64,000 bases of DNA from Zygnema circumcarinatum SAG 698-1b (lineage: Eukaryota; Plantae; Zygnematophyceae), in the NCBI GenBank assembly GCA_037447605.1, contig CM074823.1:496001-560000 (forward strand), read 5' to 3'. The position numbers were made by a program, and so were the translations under genes. Every line of letters starts with the position of its first letter. Within the stretch, counting starts at the first letter, position 1. Positions 42,428-56,043 of the stretch are shown here, piece by piece. Under the pieces are notes generated by a model that was not told where the DNA came from, made no database searches, and saw only the letters and a program-made list of their open reading frames with translations.

Positions 42428-43296
42428 CGTCTGAGCAGTTCTATGCGACAATTTCAGTTGCAGTTTAAGTTGCAAAAAGTACTTTCAGTTTCAGTTTTAC
42501 AGTTCCAAGTTCGTTTCAGTTTCGGTTTCAGTATACTTCCGCTTTCCAGTTTTCTTTTAGATTTAAAGAAAAAAGGAACCGAAGGGAAGAAGAGCAAAAG
42601 ATCCTCTCTCAACCTCTCCTCTCTTTCTCACTTTCCTCTCCTACTGTCGCTCTCTCTCCCTCTCTCTCCTTCTCCCTCCCTCCCTCCCTCCCTCCCTCCC
42701 TCCCTCCCTCTCCCCCTTCCTCCCTCCCTCCTCTCTCTCCCTCCCCTCACTCTCCCTCTCCCTCTGCGTGTCCCTCCCCTCCCATCCACTCCCCCACGAA
42801 GTTTATTACGTAATGACGTCACATATAGTCATGGTTAGTATCTACATGATGTCATGTAGTTGCACCTTAAAACCGTTTGGACGCGCTACAAAAAATGAAA
42901 CTTTCACGGGCCAAATCTTTGGCAGCTAATCAGGGATCGTTCAGAGATCGTGCTGACGTGGCTAGATGCGACTTAGGCGCCTGACGCACAGCACAAAAGT
43001 CAAAGCACAACACGCCGTAGGTCCTCCCGGCCACGGCTAATACGACAAACTTGCTGCCCGATTATGGCGCTACCGTACGAAACTTATGTAGTGTTCCTAT
43101 TTTCCTACGTGGCAGCACTTGCAACCTCTGATTGGCTGGAATGAATGACGTGTCATTGCTGTCCAGCCAGCACGATCTCTGGACGACATCTGATTGGCGG
43201 TCTCAGATGTGGTGACGTAAGGGTTTCGTTTTTTTGTACAGTAATGCGCGAAGCGATTCTCGTACTTGTAACATGTTCACACTGACAATGACAAAT

Positions 43297-43542
43297 ATTT
43301 CACAGGTCGGACCGTTGGATTGGCCACCATTGGACAACGATTGGATCGCAATGGTTGATGTCCAATTGTTCGCAACCATTCGAATGGTTGGCAACCATTG
43401 GCATCCAATGGTTGCGACCTTTGGCAATGGTTGTTTCGATCCGGCGGCAATGATCCGCAACCATTGGCAATGGTTGGCTTGGTCGCGAAACAATGGTTCG
43501 CGACCATTGCAATGGTTGATCCAATGTTCGACCTGTGAAAGA
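43297..43542. mobile_element. Hairpin MITE-like element filled with CAACCATT/AATGGTTG palindromes
   Basis: Ends TTTCACAGGTCGGACCGTTGGAT ... ATCCAATGTTCGACCTGTGAAA are inverted repeats; many internal CAACCATT(N2)AATGGTTG dyads. Related motifs occur at ~19385-19455 and ~63160-63365. Confidence 0.55.
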
Positions 43543-43643
43543 CTCTAAGTGTGAGCAGCTTAGCGTGTTGGAAGCGTTGTTGCGCCTAGGCGTAGTTCTC
43601 CGCTCTGAGCTTTTTTCTTTTGTGCTTAGGTCCTTTGTGATCA

Positions 43644-44120
43644 GTTCCTCGTGGTTCCCCATGATGCTGATTTTGGCCATGTACATGTGATGGCATCATC
43701 GCCATCGTGAGATTAATGCCAAACCCCATTGCATGCCATGTACTTGCCATATGATGGCATGTGCCATTGAGACCAGTTAGTTCCTCGTGGTTCCCCATGA
43801 TGCTGATTTTTTCCATGTACATGTGATGGCATCATCGCCATCTTGAGATCAATGCCACCCCCATTGCATGCCATGTACATGCCATATGATGGCATGTGCC
43901 GTTGCAACCAGTTCCTCGTGGTTTCCCATGATGCTGATTTTGTCCATGTACATGTGATGGCATCATCGCCATCGTGAGATCAATGCCACCCCCATTGCAT
44001 GCCATGTACATGCCATATGCTGGCATGTGCCGTTGCAACCAGTTCCTCGTGGTTTCCCATGCTGATGTTGTCCATGCAAACATTTGATGGCATCATCGCC
44101 ATCGTGAGATCAATGCCACA
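43644..44120 (+). repeat. ~131-bp tandem repeat x3.5, rich in CATG dyads
   Basis: GTTCCTCGTGGTT.CCCATGATGCTGATTTT..CCATGTACATGTGATGGCATCATCGCCATC recurs at 43644, 43780, 43911 and 44042. Confidence 0.85.
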
Positions 44121-45943
44121 TTCTTTCTCTGCTTAGTGCGATCTAAATCAAACCAAGACCTGCTCACACGTGCGAGCAATTAGAGACAATCACAGAGTCC
44201 GGCGGCGCGGACGCAGTCACGTCACGTCACGAACACGGTGTGTATCTTTGGTTTGACACTACAAAGATATGTTTGTATGAAAACGACACTGTAAATTCAC
44301 TTATTATTAAGTAACACATTGACCAGCAGAACCAAAATTGCTTACAGTGAAACATGGGTTAGTGGTTGTTTGCTTGCTTTTCTTGTTTATTGGCTGTTGA
44401 AAAATAATGAAACGCGTTCGAGAGCTCAATTTTTACGGACGTTGACTCGAAAAGTTGCGGAAAGTTCGTCGATCAGTATTACGGACTTTGTTTTAAGTCT
44501 GACAATTCCTATTGGGGGGTATCAGACTTAACGCCAGTATGATTGAAACCAGAACGAGTGAAATCGTGATTCCGAGGAGAGCCGATTCCGATTCCAATAA
44601 TAATCTTGATTCAGAGGAGTAATTTTGTAACTTTCATTTTCCGCAATTTTTTGTGAAGTTCTGATACCCCCTAACGGGGACTCCGGAAGGGCCACGTCAG
44701 CAATTTCTGTTGACATGGTAAAATATGATTGGATCCGATTTTTCTGGGACTCCGTACGGCCAATTTTCCTCCTAAAGGACTTCCGAAATTTATTGCAAAT
44801 TCAAATATAAGATTCGGTCAAATGGACTTGCATACGTCATTTGCTACATAATATGGCGTCATGACATGAGATCGATGATTGATGACTCTCTCAATTTGTT
44901 TCGAACAGATGTTAGGGTCTGGTTCTGACGTCATTTTGAATGGTAAGCTAGACGACAAACTTGTCGCCATGTGCAGAGCCGTCCGTACAATTTGTCTTTT
45001 TGGTCTGGCGGCGTACGAACGATGTGCCAGCCAGACTGGCAAAATTATTCTCTAAAATTTTTCTGTCCATTCCGGATTCTGATTGGTGGAACGAATTCGG
45101 GCAGCCATTGAACGTTTTTCCTGGACCAAAAATTTGGAACTATCTGGCAGCGGATTTTCGCAGGACTGCAACTTCGTTCTTTCAGGACAGTGGCCGCAAA
45201 TAATAACAAATCTTCCTCCTCACGAACTGAAAGTTTTCCCCTCTGACCAAACAAGGATTTCCGCACTTCGGATTGGTTGGATTCCCTGACGGCAACCCTA
45301 AAATGTTCTGCTTCGATACAATTTTTAATTTTCCTTCAATTTTCTGCCTTAGGCGCCCCCCCCCGTTCCATGGCTTCCTGCGGCCCTTCGTAACATCACC
45401 GCCATGGCGGACATCTCCTCCGGAGCCTCCGACATCACCCGCATCCGCTACATCACTTTCCTGCAACATCTCCTCCACCATACATGCATGCCAGGCCCCA
45501 TCATTTCTTCAGCAAAAGAGCAAAAATGACTCATTTTCTCTGAGGGAAAAGTGTTAAAAAACTCTCAAATAACCTCATTATTGGCATTTTCGCATGGTTT
45601 GGCAACACATGATGTTTTACGCTGCAGTTTATGTCTAAAACCTGCAGTTTTGAACAGAAAACCTGCAGACAGCTGTCACTATTTATCAGATAATCACGGT
45701 TTTAGGGCTGCAGGAAGGCTAGGGTTTCATTGGAAGCATCAATATTCATCAGTAGTCATCAATAGTGATCAGAAGGGGTCTTTGGTTAACAAAAGGGATC
45801 AACCATTGTGTAGCTAATAGGTTTGACTATTTTGGTCAGGATTCAGTGTGCGCAGCAGCATTGGACCATTCAGTTGACCAACTTTTAGGGTTTTGGAGTC
45901 GATTAGGGTTGTGAATTTTTTAGGGTTTCGAGAAGCTCTGGCC

Positions 45944-48459
45944 ATGGGGGTGCCGGAGTGGTTCAGAGGATTTCTGCGGAGGAGATCGTCATCGAAGAAG
46001 GGGAAAGGAGGGAAGCAGGTACTGAGATGTGAAGGAGAGAGAGGAAGGCAGGGTGGGAGGCAGGGTTAGGAAGGAAGGGAGGGAGGGAGGGAGGGAGGGA
46101 AGGGGGAGAAGGAGGGAGGGAGGGAGGGAGGGAGGAGGGGGGAGGCAGGGAGGGAGGGAGGGGAAGGATGGAAAAGGAGAGGAAGAGGGGAAGGGGGGGA
46201 GGTGATGAGGGAGACGGAGGGGAAGGGGGAAAGGAAGTGGAGGGAGGGAGAGAGAGGGGAGGGACTACAGGGGGAGGGGGGTGAGGGGAAGAAGGGGTAA
46301 GAGGAGAGGTAGGGGAAGGGGATGAGAAGAGAGAGGGAGGAGAAGGGAAAGGAAGGGTGAGACGTGAAGGGAGAGGGCTATGGGAAAAGGAGGGGGGAAA
46401 GGAGTTGCGGAGGGGGATGGAGGGAAGGATGGAGGAGAGAGAGGGAAAGGGAGGGAGAGGGGGTGGAGGTAGATATAGGAATAGTGGCTGTGGATGGAGC
46501 ATGCGGGCTGAAATTATAGAGTTAAAGGCAGTTGGAGAAGGAAAGGGAGAGGGAGGTGAGAGGGAGAAAGACGGGGCGGAGGGATAGGTGGCTGAGGGAG
46601 AGCGAGGGGGAAGGGGGGGAGAAGGGAGATGGCGGTGTTGGTAACGGCTGGGAGACAGGAGGGAGGTGAGAGGCCGATGAGAGAGAGAGATGGGAGGGAA
46701 ATGAGGGAGCGAGGAAGGAGGTCAGGAAAAAGCGAGAAGTGAGGTAACGGTTGGTGGAGTGTGGGAGGGGGGAGAGAGAGTGAGGTAGAGAGTGAGAAAG
46801 AAAACGAGAGCTAGGGACAAAACGTTGGCGTGGCGATGGGATTCTGTGCTAGAGTAAGTTGGGGTGGGGAAAGGGTGAGAGGGGAGAAGAGGGAGTGGAG
46901 GGAGAGGAAAAGATGGAGAGGAGAGGAGAAATATTTGGGAATGAACTAGAAAGGGAGAGAGAGAATGTGTGAGGGAGATGGTGTAGAGTTGACGCAGTGT
47001 AACGTGAATTGCATACTGGTTACACTTATGTTGTGATAGGTACATCCTCGTTGCGTTCTGAGTGTACGTTCCTCCCTCCCTCTCTCCCTTCCTCCCTCCC
47101 TCCCTCCCTCCCTCCCTCCCTCCCTGCCTCCCCTCCCGCCGGCTCTCCCTCCCTACCTTCTGCAGACCCCGGAAGTACCCACCGCCCCTCCAACCGGAAC
47201 GACCCTCCTAAAGGGGTCCAAGAAAGGGGAGGCGCTACCGAGTGCCCCTAGAGACTCCCTTGTGGCGGGGCGGAATGGGGGCACATACGTACCCAAAAAT
47301 GGGTTTGAGCCAGGGATGTCTATGGAGGACTGGGCGGCGGTAAAGATACAGACGGCTTTTCGAGGCTACTTGGTATGCAATTTTTTCTTTTGCCTACCTT
47401 TCACTTCGTCCCTGGGATTCAATATAAATAAAGAAGTAATCAGCCTATCTTTACAGTTGTTTAAAAAGTTGATGAAGAATCGGATATAGCGTCTCTGTTG
47501 AAGAAGTGCGAGTGCTTGATATGCTTGTAACCGCATCGCCTCTTGATTCCTTTGCTGACAAGATATGAAAGAATCGATTTACGCTTCTAGTTTCAAGCCC
47601 AAATCCTTCAATTTGATGCTCTCTCTCGCTCTTCTCTCTAGCCCTACACATCTGTCATTCTGACTCTCCTTGTTCCTTTGCTTGTCCTTTCCTTTTCTGT
47701 CTCTCCTCCTCTCCCCTTTCCCTCTTTCTCTATCCCTCTCCCTCTGTCCACCCTCCCGCTGTCCTTTCTCCATTCATCCCTCTGCCCCTATTCCTCCTCC
47801 TCACTACCCCTCACTCCCCTCACCCCTCGCTCCCCCTCTCCCCCCTCTCNNNNNNNNNNGGGGAGCGGGTGGGAGGGGATGAGGGAAAGGGAGGGGAGGG
47901 AGAGAGGGTGGGAGGGGGGATTGGCCAGGGGGGGGAGGAGTGCGAGAAGGGGGGAGGAGCGATGGGGGGGAGGGGGAAGTGGATTAGGGAGAGGTAGTAA
48001 GGGGGAGACGGGGGCGGGGATGGGGGGTTAGATAAGGGAGTGGCGGTGAGTTGGGGGACAAGGGTGGAAGTGGGGGAGAGGGGAAGGTGAGTGAGGTTGG
48101 ACGCAGAGTGAGTGGGGGAAGGAGCTGGAGGTGGAAACGGGAGGGGTGGGTGGGGGGACGTCGAAGACGGTGTGAGAGAGGGAAGGTGGGGTGTGGGAGG
48201 TTGACGGTGGGGGAAGGTTCTTGATTGGAGTGGTCTTAGAGTCCTATTTTGGGGTTTTAGGTTTTGGGTCTCTTGCTTTGATCGTTTCAGCCATTGGGGC
48301 TCTGTCGCTCGCTCTCTCTCTCTCTTCTCTCCCGTCTCCCCACCTCCTTCCTTCCCCCTCTTCCTGCCCTCTCCTCTTTCCCCCTCTCCCCCTCCCCCCC
48401 CTGGCCCTTCCCCTCCCCCTCCCCCTCCGCCTCCGTTCCTCTCTCCTCCCTCCCTCCCT

Positions 48460-48536
<77 letters not shown>

Positions 48537-49659
48537 TCTGAATTGTCGTTTGTGTGGGGGAAAAAAATGCAGGGAAGGCTTACTGGTACAGCGGCAAATT
48601 GAGTTAATTTCTGACAACCAGAAGCTGGACGTTAACCTGAAGAAGAACGAAGTCAGTTCTCTCTCTTGCCTCTCTCCCTCTCCCTCCTCCTCTCTAGTTT
48701 TTTCTCGTCCTCACTCCTGAGTCTCCATCCTTTCCTTCTGTGCCCTCCTCTTTCCTACCACCTCTCTCCCTCTCTCGCCCCCTTCTTTCCAGCCTTCCAA
48801 ACCCCATTTCTCATTACTCCAAACACAAAAACTCCAAACTTTGAGATTGCCCGAAACAACAATTTTATTTAGCTAATTTTTAAATTGTGTGGAACTAATC
48901 AACTTCAATCAAAATTTTAATAAATTCTGACAGAACCGTATCTGCATGGATGCCACCTAAATAATAGAATTGTAATTAGATGGAATTATGGAAAAATGGA
49001 ATTTTTTGGAACCTCTCTAAGTGGAATACTCCCTAAATAAATATTACCGTAGAGTTTCCTTTTATTCCATTAGAGAGGTTCAGTCGAAACCCCTCTAAAT
49101 GAATCTAGTCCTGATCCCGACCTCTATTCACTTACGAGGGGTGCTACTCTACCCTTGAATGAAACATCAACCAAACTTCACTGAAAACTTTCCATTTTTG
49201 TCGATCTAAACGAATCTAACTCAACTTTTTCCAATCTAACACTAGTTAATTGCCTCCAATTCAAGTTAACCTTCCTTAATTCAATTTTATTTTAATGAAA
49301 TTCAATGGAATTATAATGATGTTACATTAAGGGTTCATGCAGGCTGGATGGTGTGGTATGGGCGGCACTCTGGAGGAGCTGCAGACAAAGCTTCAGAACA
49401 AGCAGGAGGGAGTGATCAAGAGAGAGAGAGCAGCCGCATATGCGCTTTCCCATGCGGTAAAAAATTGGCTCACTAATTGGCTAACTAATTGGCTAAACTA
49501 GTTTTGGTTGGCGAACTCCAAAACTCTTAGTTTTTGGTTACGTCTTAAACCCTAATTAGGGTTAGCTCTCAAAAAAACCTAATTTTCTTTAGACCCCTTA
49601 TCTTGGTAAAACTTCAATGCTGAGGTTCAGGCCCCATCAAACTTGTAACTGCTTAAAAG

Positions 49660-49753
<94 letters not shown>

Positions 49754-51491
49754 ATGGGAAATCTTGACCAAACTTGAGTGAACATGAAAACTTTGAGTGC
49801 TAGAAAAGTTTGAAACTGAAAACCTAGACCTTGGAAAGCTCGAATCGTTTAACCGAAAACTCGGACAAACTCAAAAACTAAAAAAAAAAAAAACTCGACA
49901 ACTTAAGGTTTGAAACTTGACAACTTCAAGAAGCTAAGAACTTACCTTAAACCGGAAATTGAAAAACTGGAAACTGCAAACTTCTGAAAACGAATTCATC
50001 CTTTCTTTCATTCGTTGAAACTTTCATTCATCGATACTTTCATTTCCTTCTCCTTCCTTATTTCTTTTGATTCTTTCCTCTTTCTCCTTTATTTTTATTA
50101 TTCTTGTCTCTACTTTTATTTTTATAATTTCATGTTTTCCCTTTTTCTATTTAATCAATAATCTCCCCTCTCTCTTGCTCTCCCTCTGGCCTTTCTCTCT
50201 CTCCCCTCCCCTCCCTCCCCTCCCCTCCCTCCCCTCCCCCTCCCCTCCCCTCCTCCCCTCCCCTCCCCTCCCCCTCCCCTCCCCTCCCCTCCCCTCCCCC
50301 TCCCCCTCCCCTCCCTCCCCTCCCCTCCCCTCCCCTCCCCTCCCCTCCCCTCCCCCTCCCCTCCCTCCCCTCCCCTCCCCTCCCCATCCCCTCCCCCTCC
50401 CCTCCCACTCACATTCTTACGCTCTCCCTCTCCCTCTCCCTCTCCCTCTCTCTCTCCAGCGATGGGCCAAGCTTCCCAAGCAACAGCGTTCTTTGGTGTA
50501 CATCGACTGCGAGCCCGACAAAGGAGGGTGGGGTTGGAGTTGGCTCGAGAGATGGATGGTGGCCCGGCCCTGGGAGAATCGCATCATGATGGACGGAGCG
50601 GGAGGGAGGGAGAGGGAGAGAGAGGGAGAGGGAGTGAGAGAGGGAGACGGAGAGGTCGGAGGGGGGAGGGACAGGGACAGCGGCGGGAGGCTCGACTTCA
50701 AGCAGTTGTCGGAGTATGGTGGAAGGGGAGCAGGAGGAGGAGTGTTGGGAGGAGAGATGGATTTGGTAGTGGCCGGAAAATGCAAGTCGTGTGGGAGGAG
50801 AATTAGGGTTAAGGGCACTCCTGTGAGAGACCAGGTTTCCGGTCAAACCCAAAACTTTCAAACTCGAGATATGTGTCATATCTGCCTCCCTACTGCTTCA
50901 TGGCAGGCAAAGGTGGGGACTTTCCCTACCACTCCCTCTACCACTACTCCCATAAACTACCCCAAAGGGAGAGGAGCCCTACATTCACCCGGATCACGCC
51001 CTTTAAGTCCTGCACATGAACTTCCTCTTATTCTTACTCCAAATATGAGTGCTGTTCCTTCTGCTCCCTCCCAATCTCTCTCTCTCTCTCTCCCGGAAGG
51101 CGAAGAATTGACAGAAGAAAGCCCTCAGACTGTAGAGAGAGCGGCTCCCAATATGCCCAAGAGAGGGAGTATGAGTGGTGGTAGTGGTAGTGGAAATTCT
51201 GCCTCCCCCAAAATGCCGCGATTTATGGCTTCTACTGAATCTGCTAAGGCTAAGACCAGGTCCAATAGTACTCCAAAAGATCGGTCCGGGGCTGCATTTT
51301 CTTCTAGTCAAAGTTCTAAGTCGGTCAAACGGCTAAGTTATCCGGGTGAGGGAGGAGGAGGAGGAGGAGGAGGGGGAGGAGGAGGATCAGGGAGACTGAG
51401 AACGGGAAGGAGGACGGAGCCGATACTTGGGCCGAGAGGGGTTGGGGCTGGAGGGAGTCTTGGTCGGAAGGAGGGGAGAATGTTAGGGTGA
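45944..51491 (+). CDS. IQD: IQ67-domain (IQD) calmodulin-binding protein with C-terminal DUF4005-like motif; one exon probably lost in gap 47850-47859
   Basis: Exons 45944-46018 (MGVPEWFRGFLRRRSSSKKGK), 47166-47372 (EDWAAVKIQTAFRGYL, phase-0 intron typical of IQ67), [missing ARRALRALxGLVRLQALVRG-type exon], 48573-48651, 49343-49456 (GWCG...KQEGVIKRERAAAYALSHA), 50460-51491 (WGWSWLERWMVARPWENR...PRFMASTESAKAKTRS). Confidence 0.88.
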
Positions 51492-52594
51492 GGGAGAGAG
51501 GGAGGGAGGGAGGGAGGAAGGGAGGGAGAGAGTGAGAGGGTGGGAAGACGATGATGTGAGTGATGTGATGAGAGATGATGAGTGATGTGGAGGGCACAGC
51601 CGGGAGAGAGGGAGAGGAGAGGGAGAGGAGAATGGTGGACGGGGACAATGGAGAGGGGGAGGGAGCGGGTGAATGAGAGAGGAGTGGGTAGAAAGGATGT
51701 TGACGGAGCGAGGAGAGAGAGGAAGAGGGGCTTGTTTGTGATTGGGAGTCGTTTATACATGTGAAGGGCATCCTTATGTTTTGTTTCCGTTGCCATGAGC
51801 GAGAAAAAGAAAGAGTGGGGGGGAGAGAGAAAGAGCGAGAGAGAGGGAGAGGGAGAGAGAGGTGAAGGCATGGGATGTCAACAAGGTGTGCTTGAATCAG
51901 TCGGTTTGAAGGAGCATGTGGATTGGAGCAAAGGGTGTGATGACCCATCGAGAGAACCTGAAATGGTAGAGAAGGGAGATGTGAGAGTTACTCAGGAGGG
52001 AGAAGGGAAGGAGAGAGAGTGGGAGAGAGAGGTGGGAGACGAATTGGGGAGATGAAAGAGACGGGAAGTTGAAAGTTGGAAGCGAAGGAGGCCTTCACCT
52101 TTGTTAGATTTACAACGACAAACTCAGTTCTACGCAGAAAACTGAAAACTGAAAACTGGAAACGGAAAACTGAAAACTGGGAACTGGGCATTGGAAAGTG
52201 AAGGCTGCAGATTGGAAACTGGTTAGCAGAATTATTTTATTTTTACAGATCTGAGGTGTATGCATCTCTCTCTATGCATGGGCCTATGAAGTAATAAGTA
52301 TCGGTCTCTCGTATGGCTTTGAAGGTTAATGAGCGGAGCTTAGCTCAGGTGGGTGGAACCAAATCTATGTCAGTTGCCGTTATAGTTTCATTTTTTTTAC
52401 TTACCTTTTTTTTTCTCTTTTTCTTTTTTCTTGTTTTTGGATTAAAGAAGAGGTTCCATGTGCACGGTTCTTTGCAACACCGTAGTGCGAGAAACTGCAA
52501 TTCCATGTGACAGAGGATGTGCGGGAGGGGGTTGGGAGAGGTCTATCTCTCTTTCAGAAGGAAATGCAATTTTAATTGCATGGGGCATTGTTGG

Positions 52595-52930
52595 AGATGG
52601 CCTGTGGACTGTTGGTACTCTCTCTCTTTATGTCTCTCTCCCTCTCTCTATCTCTCTCTCCCTCTCTCAGTCTCCCCTGTGGACTGTGGGTACTCGCTCT
52701 CTCTATCTCTCTCTTCCTCTCTATCTCTCTCCCCCTCTCTCTGTCTCCCCTGTGGACTGTGGGTACTCTCTCTATCTCTTTCTCCCTCTCTCTCTGTCTC
52801 CCCTGTGGACTGTGGGTACTCTCTCTATCTCTCTCTCCCTCTCTCTCTGTCTCCCCTGTGGACTGTGGGTACTCTCTCTATCTCTCTCTCCCTCTCTCTC
52901 TGTCTCCCCTGTGGACTGTGGGTACTCTCT
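52595..52930 (+). repeat. Six copies of a 25-bp core (TCTCCCCTGTGGACTGTGGGTACTC) separated by CT-microsatellite linkers
   Basis: Cores at ~52600 (degenerate), 52671, 52743, 52797, 52850 and 52903; period ~53-72 bp. Confidence 0.85.
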
Positions 52931-53533
52931 CATCTATCTCTCTCCCTCTCTCCCTCCCTTCCTCCCTCCCTCCCTCCCTCCCTCTCTCCTCCCTGCCTCT
53001 CCTCTCTAGGTACAAATTTCTTCTGCCTTGCCTCTGTGTGCTAACGTAACAATCACCAAAAAACGGCAGTTTCGAAGTTCGTACTCTGTTAAGCAAAAGC
53101 TAATCAGACTTTGCCACGTCAAGGTGATTGCTGACGTGTCGGATTATGATTGGTCCGATTCCTGCAAAAAAAAAACAAAAAAAATATATGCCCAATGGCA
53201 TCATTTCTTTGCACGCGTGTCCAGCGACAACCAACCACAGGCTACCACGTCCGATGCTGAGTTGGACTGCCACGTTGACCCAAACTAATGAACGTAATTG
53301 CCTCATTTTTTTATTTTTTCTTTCTTAAAATTTTCCATACGGTTGAATTCAATGACAACCTTATCGTTGGACAACTGGTCGATACAATACTTGTAGTCTA
53401 GGGGACTCATTAATGCTGCAGTGCTGTGGACACGACAGAACACGACAGGACCGTACATGAAAAGTACTCTTTCGTTCTTTACTTTGTCGTTTAAAACTGA
53501 CTGTATCGAAATATGGCCAATACAATATTTTAT

Positions 53534-54143
53534 GGAGAACTATATACCGCCCCCCTTTTATGGTTATCCCGCCACTGTTTTTTTGAAATCCGACCCTCCC
53601 ATTTCGGCTATTCTGCCCCCCTCCCCCATTTTGGATATTTCGGGAGGAGATCGCCCCCCCGTTTTGAATATTCCTTTCCCGCCCCTCCCGTCCTCTCNNN
53701 NNNNNNNTACAAGAAGGAAGGTTTTCACATCAAGATCGGCAAGCATAGCGATAGCCGCTGACTCTACCTGCAATGCTTTAGCGGGGGGACTTACGAGGAC
53801 AGAGGTCTGGAAGAGAGTAGTAAGAAGAGGAATATATCTCCTCTGCTCTCTCTGCTCTAGTCTTTCTCTCCTCTACTCTCTCTCCTCTGCTCATTCTCTC
53901 TCTCTCCTTTGCTCTCTCTTGTGCTCTCTCCTCTAGTCTCTCTCTCCTTTGCTCTCACTCCTCTACTCACTCTCTTTCTCTCCTTTGCTCTCTCCTCTAG
54001 TCTCTCTCTCCTCTACTCTCACTCCTCTGCTCGTTCTCTCTCCTCTATACTCTCTCTCCTCAGCACTCGCTCATTTGCTCTCTCTCTCTCTCTTCTCTCT
54101 CCTTTGCTCTCTCCTGTAGTCTCTCTCCTCTGCTCTCACTCTG

Positions 54144-54182
<39 letters not shown>

Positions 54183-54495
54183 CTCTGCTCTCTCTCCTCT
54201 AGTTTTTCTCTCCTCTACTCTCTCTCCTTTGCTCTCTCCTGTGCTCTCTACTCTAGTCTCTCTCTCCTTTGCTCTCACTCCTCTGCTCACTCTCTTTCTC
54301 TCCTTTGCTCTCTCTCTCGAACGTTGCGCTGATGTGTGCGCTGATGTGTGAGAAGGAGAAAACGGGGGGGGATATCCAAAATGGGGGGGGGCGGGATATT
54401 TCAAAACAGGGGGCAGAATAGCCGAAATGGGAGGGTCGGATTTCAAAAAAACAGTGGCGGGATAACCAAAAAAGGGGGGCGGTATATAGTTCTCC
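53534..54495. mobile_element. Same MULE-like family, copy 2, with a possible transposase relic
   Basis: Same ~95-bp TIRs; 8-bp TSD TATTTTAT/TATTTCAT (one mismatch). Internal 53708-53820 reads YKKEGFHIKIGKHSDSR*LYLQCFSGGTYED, resembling the N-terminal FAR1/WRKY-GCM1-like region of MULE transposases. Confidence 0.75.
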
Positions 54496-56043
54496 TATTT
54501 CATACAATATTTTCTGGCTGATAGGTCCACGACATAAACATAAACATAAACGACATAAAGGACAGAATGTCTTTGGCCAAAATCAAATGTTCGTACATAA
54601 AGAAAATCTGTCGATCTTCTATAGATCCGATATTTGTCGTTTTTGACCCGCCGTACAATGTAGGGATGCAGGTATAGGGCAGGATCGAAATTTATACACT
54701 TTCCTTTACAGCCGATCCAGCCAATCAGCGGCGGCTAACGACGAGCTGAGCATTTTTCCTGACCAGAAAACAAACATTTTCTGACCGTTTATGTACGGAC
54801 GACAACACCCTTATCCCCTGCGGACAAAATCGCGAATCCGAATATCACAATATATCGTAAATATCGATAATATTGGGAAATTCTAATTTAAAAATTAAGT
54901 CTACAATTTTTCCCCTTTGAATACTATTTCCAATAGAGGGCCCCGGGTCCTGCTGCTCCTCACAGAAGCCTCCACCTGCCCCTCCCGGGGAAACCCTAAC
55001 TCTCTCCCTCTCTCTCTCCCCCCCACTCTCTCTGTCGCGCGCGCTCTCTCTCTCTCGCTGTCCTTCTTTCTCGCTCTCTCTCTTTCTCGCTCTTTCTCTT
55101 GCCACCCCTCTCACTTGCTACTTGTCTTTCTCTCTCTCACTCGCTCTCTGTCTCTCTCTCTCTCGTGCGCTCTCACTCTCTTGCTGCCTCTCTCTTGCTT
55201 CTGTGTCTCTCTCTCTCGTTCTCTGTATCGTGCGCTCTCGCTCGCTCGCTCGCTCGCTCGTTGTATCTCTCTCTCTTTCTCTCGTCCTCTACGTCTTCCT
55301 TTCCTCTCCGTGTTGTTCTCCCTCCCTCCCTCCCTTCCTCCCTCCCTCCCTCTCACTCCCTCATTGTTCTCTCTCTGAATTTCCCTTCCTCCTCTCCTCT
55401 CTCTCACACATCTCTCATACTCTTAATCTTCTACATTCTCCTCCGCGTCCATTACATTTCTCCCTCTTTGTTTCTCTCACTCTCTCTCTCCTCCGTTTCT
55501 CTCACTCTCTTTCTCCTCCCCCACTCGCTCTCCCTCTCCTCCCCCACTCGCTCTCCCTCTCTTTATTCTCTCTCTAAGCATGCCCCGGCACATCCCCCCC
55601 TCATAGCCATACCCCCCCCTCTCCCCAAACTTTTATATACATCCATTCCGCACATCGTCAAAGCCTCTGAGAAGCTCTCTCTTCCTCTCTCTCTCTCTCT
55701 CTCTCTCTCCCTCCTCCGTTCCCTGTACTCCTCCGTTCCGTTCCAAGCTGTTCCAATGGATCGTTCCAATTCTCGCGGAGGTCCTCCAGGGGACCGAATA
55801 GTGGGGAGGGGAGGAGAGGAGGTGTGGGGGAGAGAGAGAGACGGGAGGGAGAGGGAGTGGGAGAGGGAGAGGGAGAGAGAAAGGGAGAGGGAGAGGGAGA
55901 GAGAAAGGGAGAGGGAGAGGGAGAGGGAGAGAGAAAGGGAGAGGGAGAGGGAGAGGGAGAGAGAGAGGGAGAGGGAGAGGGGAAGAGGGAGGGAGAGGGA
56001 GAGAGGAGGCACCATGTATCGCACTCGATCTGGAGGGAAGGAG

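Noticed and set aside
44280-45560. Possible decayed transposase (weak CENP-B/pogo HTH-like stretch, 45045-45266 minus) or ncRNA
   Set aside because: No convincing DDE motif, TIRs or snRNA/snoRNA signature by eye; needs BLASTX or Rfam.
52595-52930. CRISPR-like repeat-spacer appearance
   Set aside because: Spacers are CT microsatellite rather than unique sequence; eukaryotic context; no cas genes.
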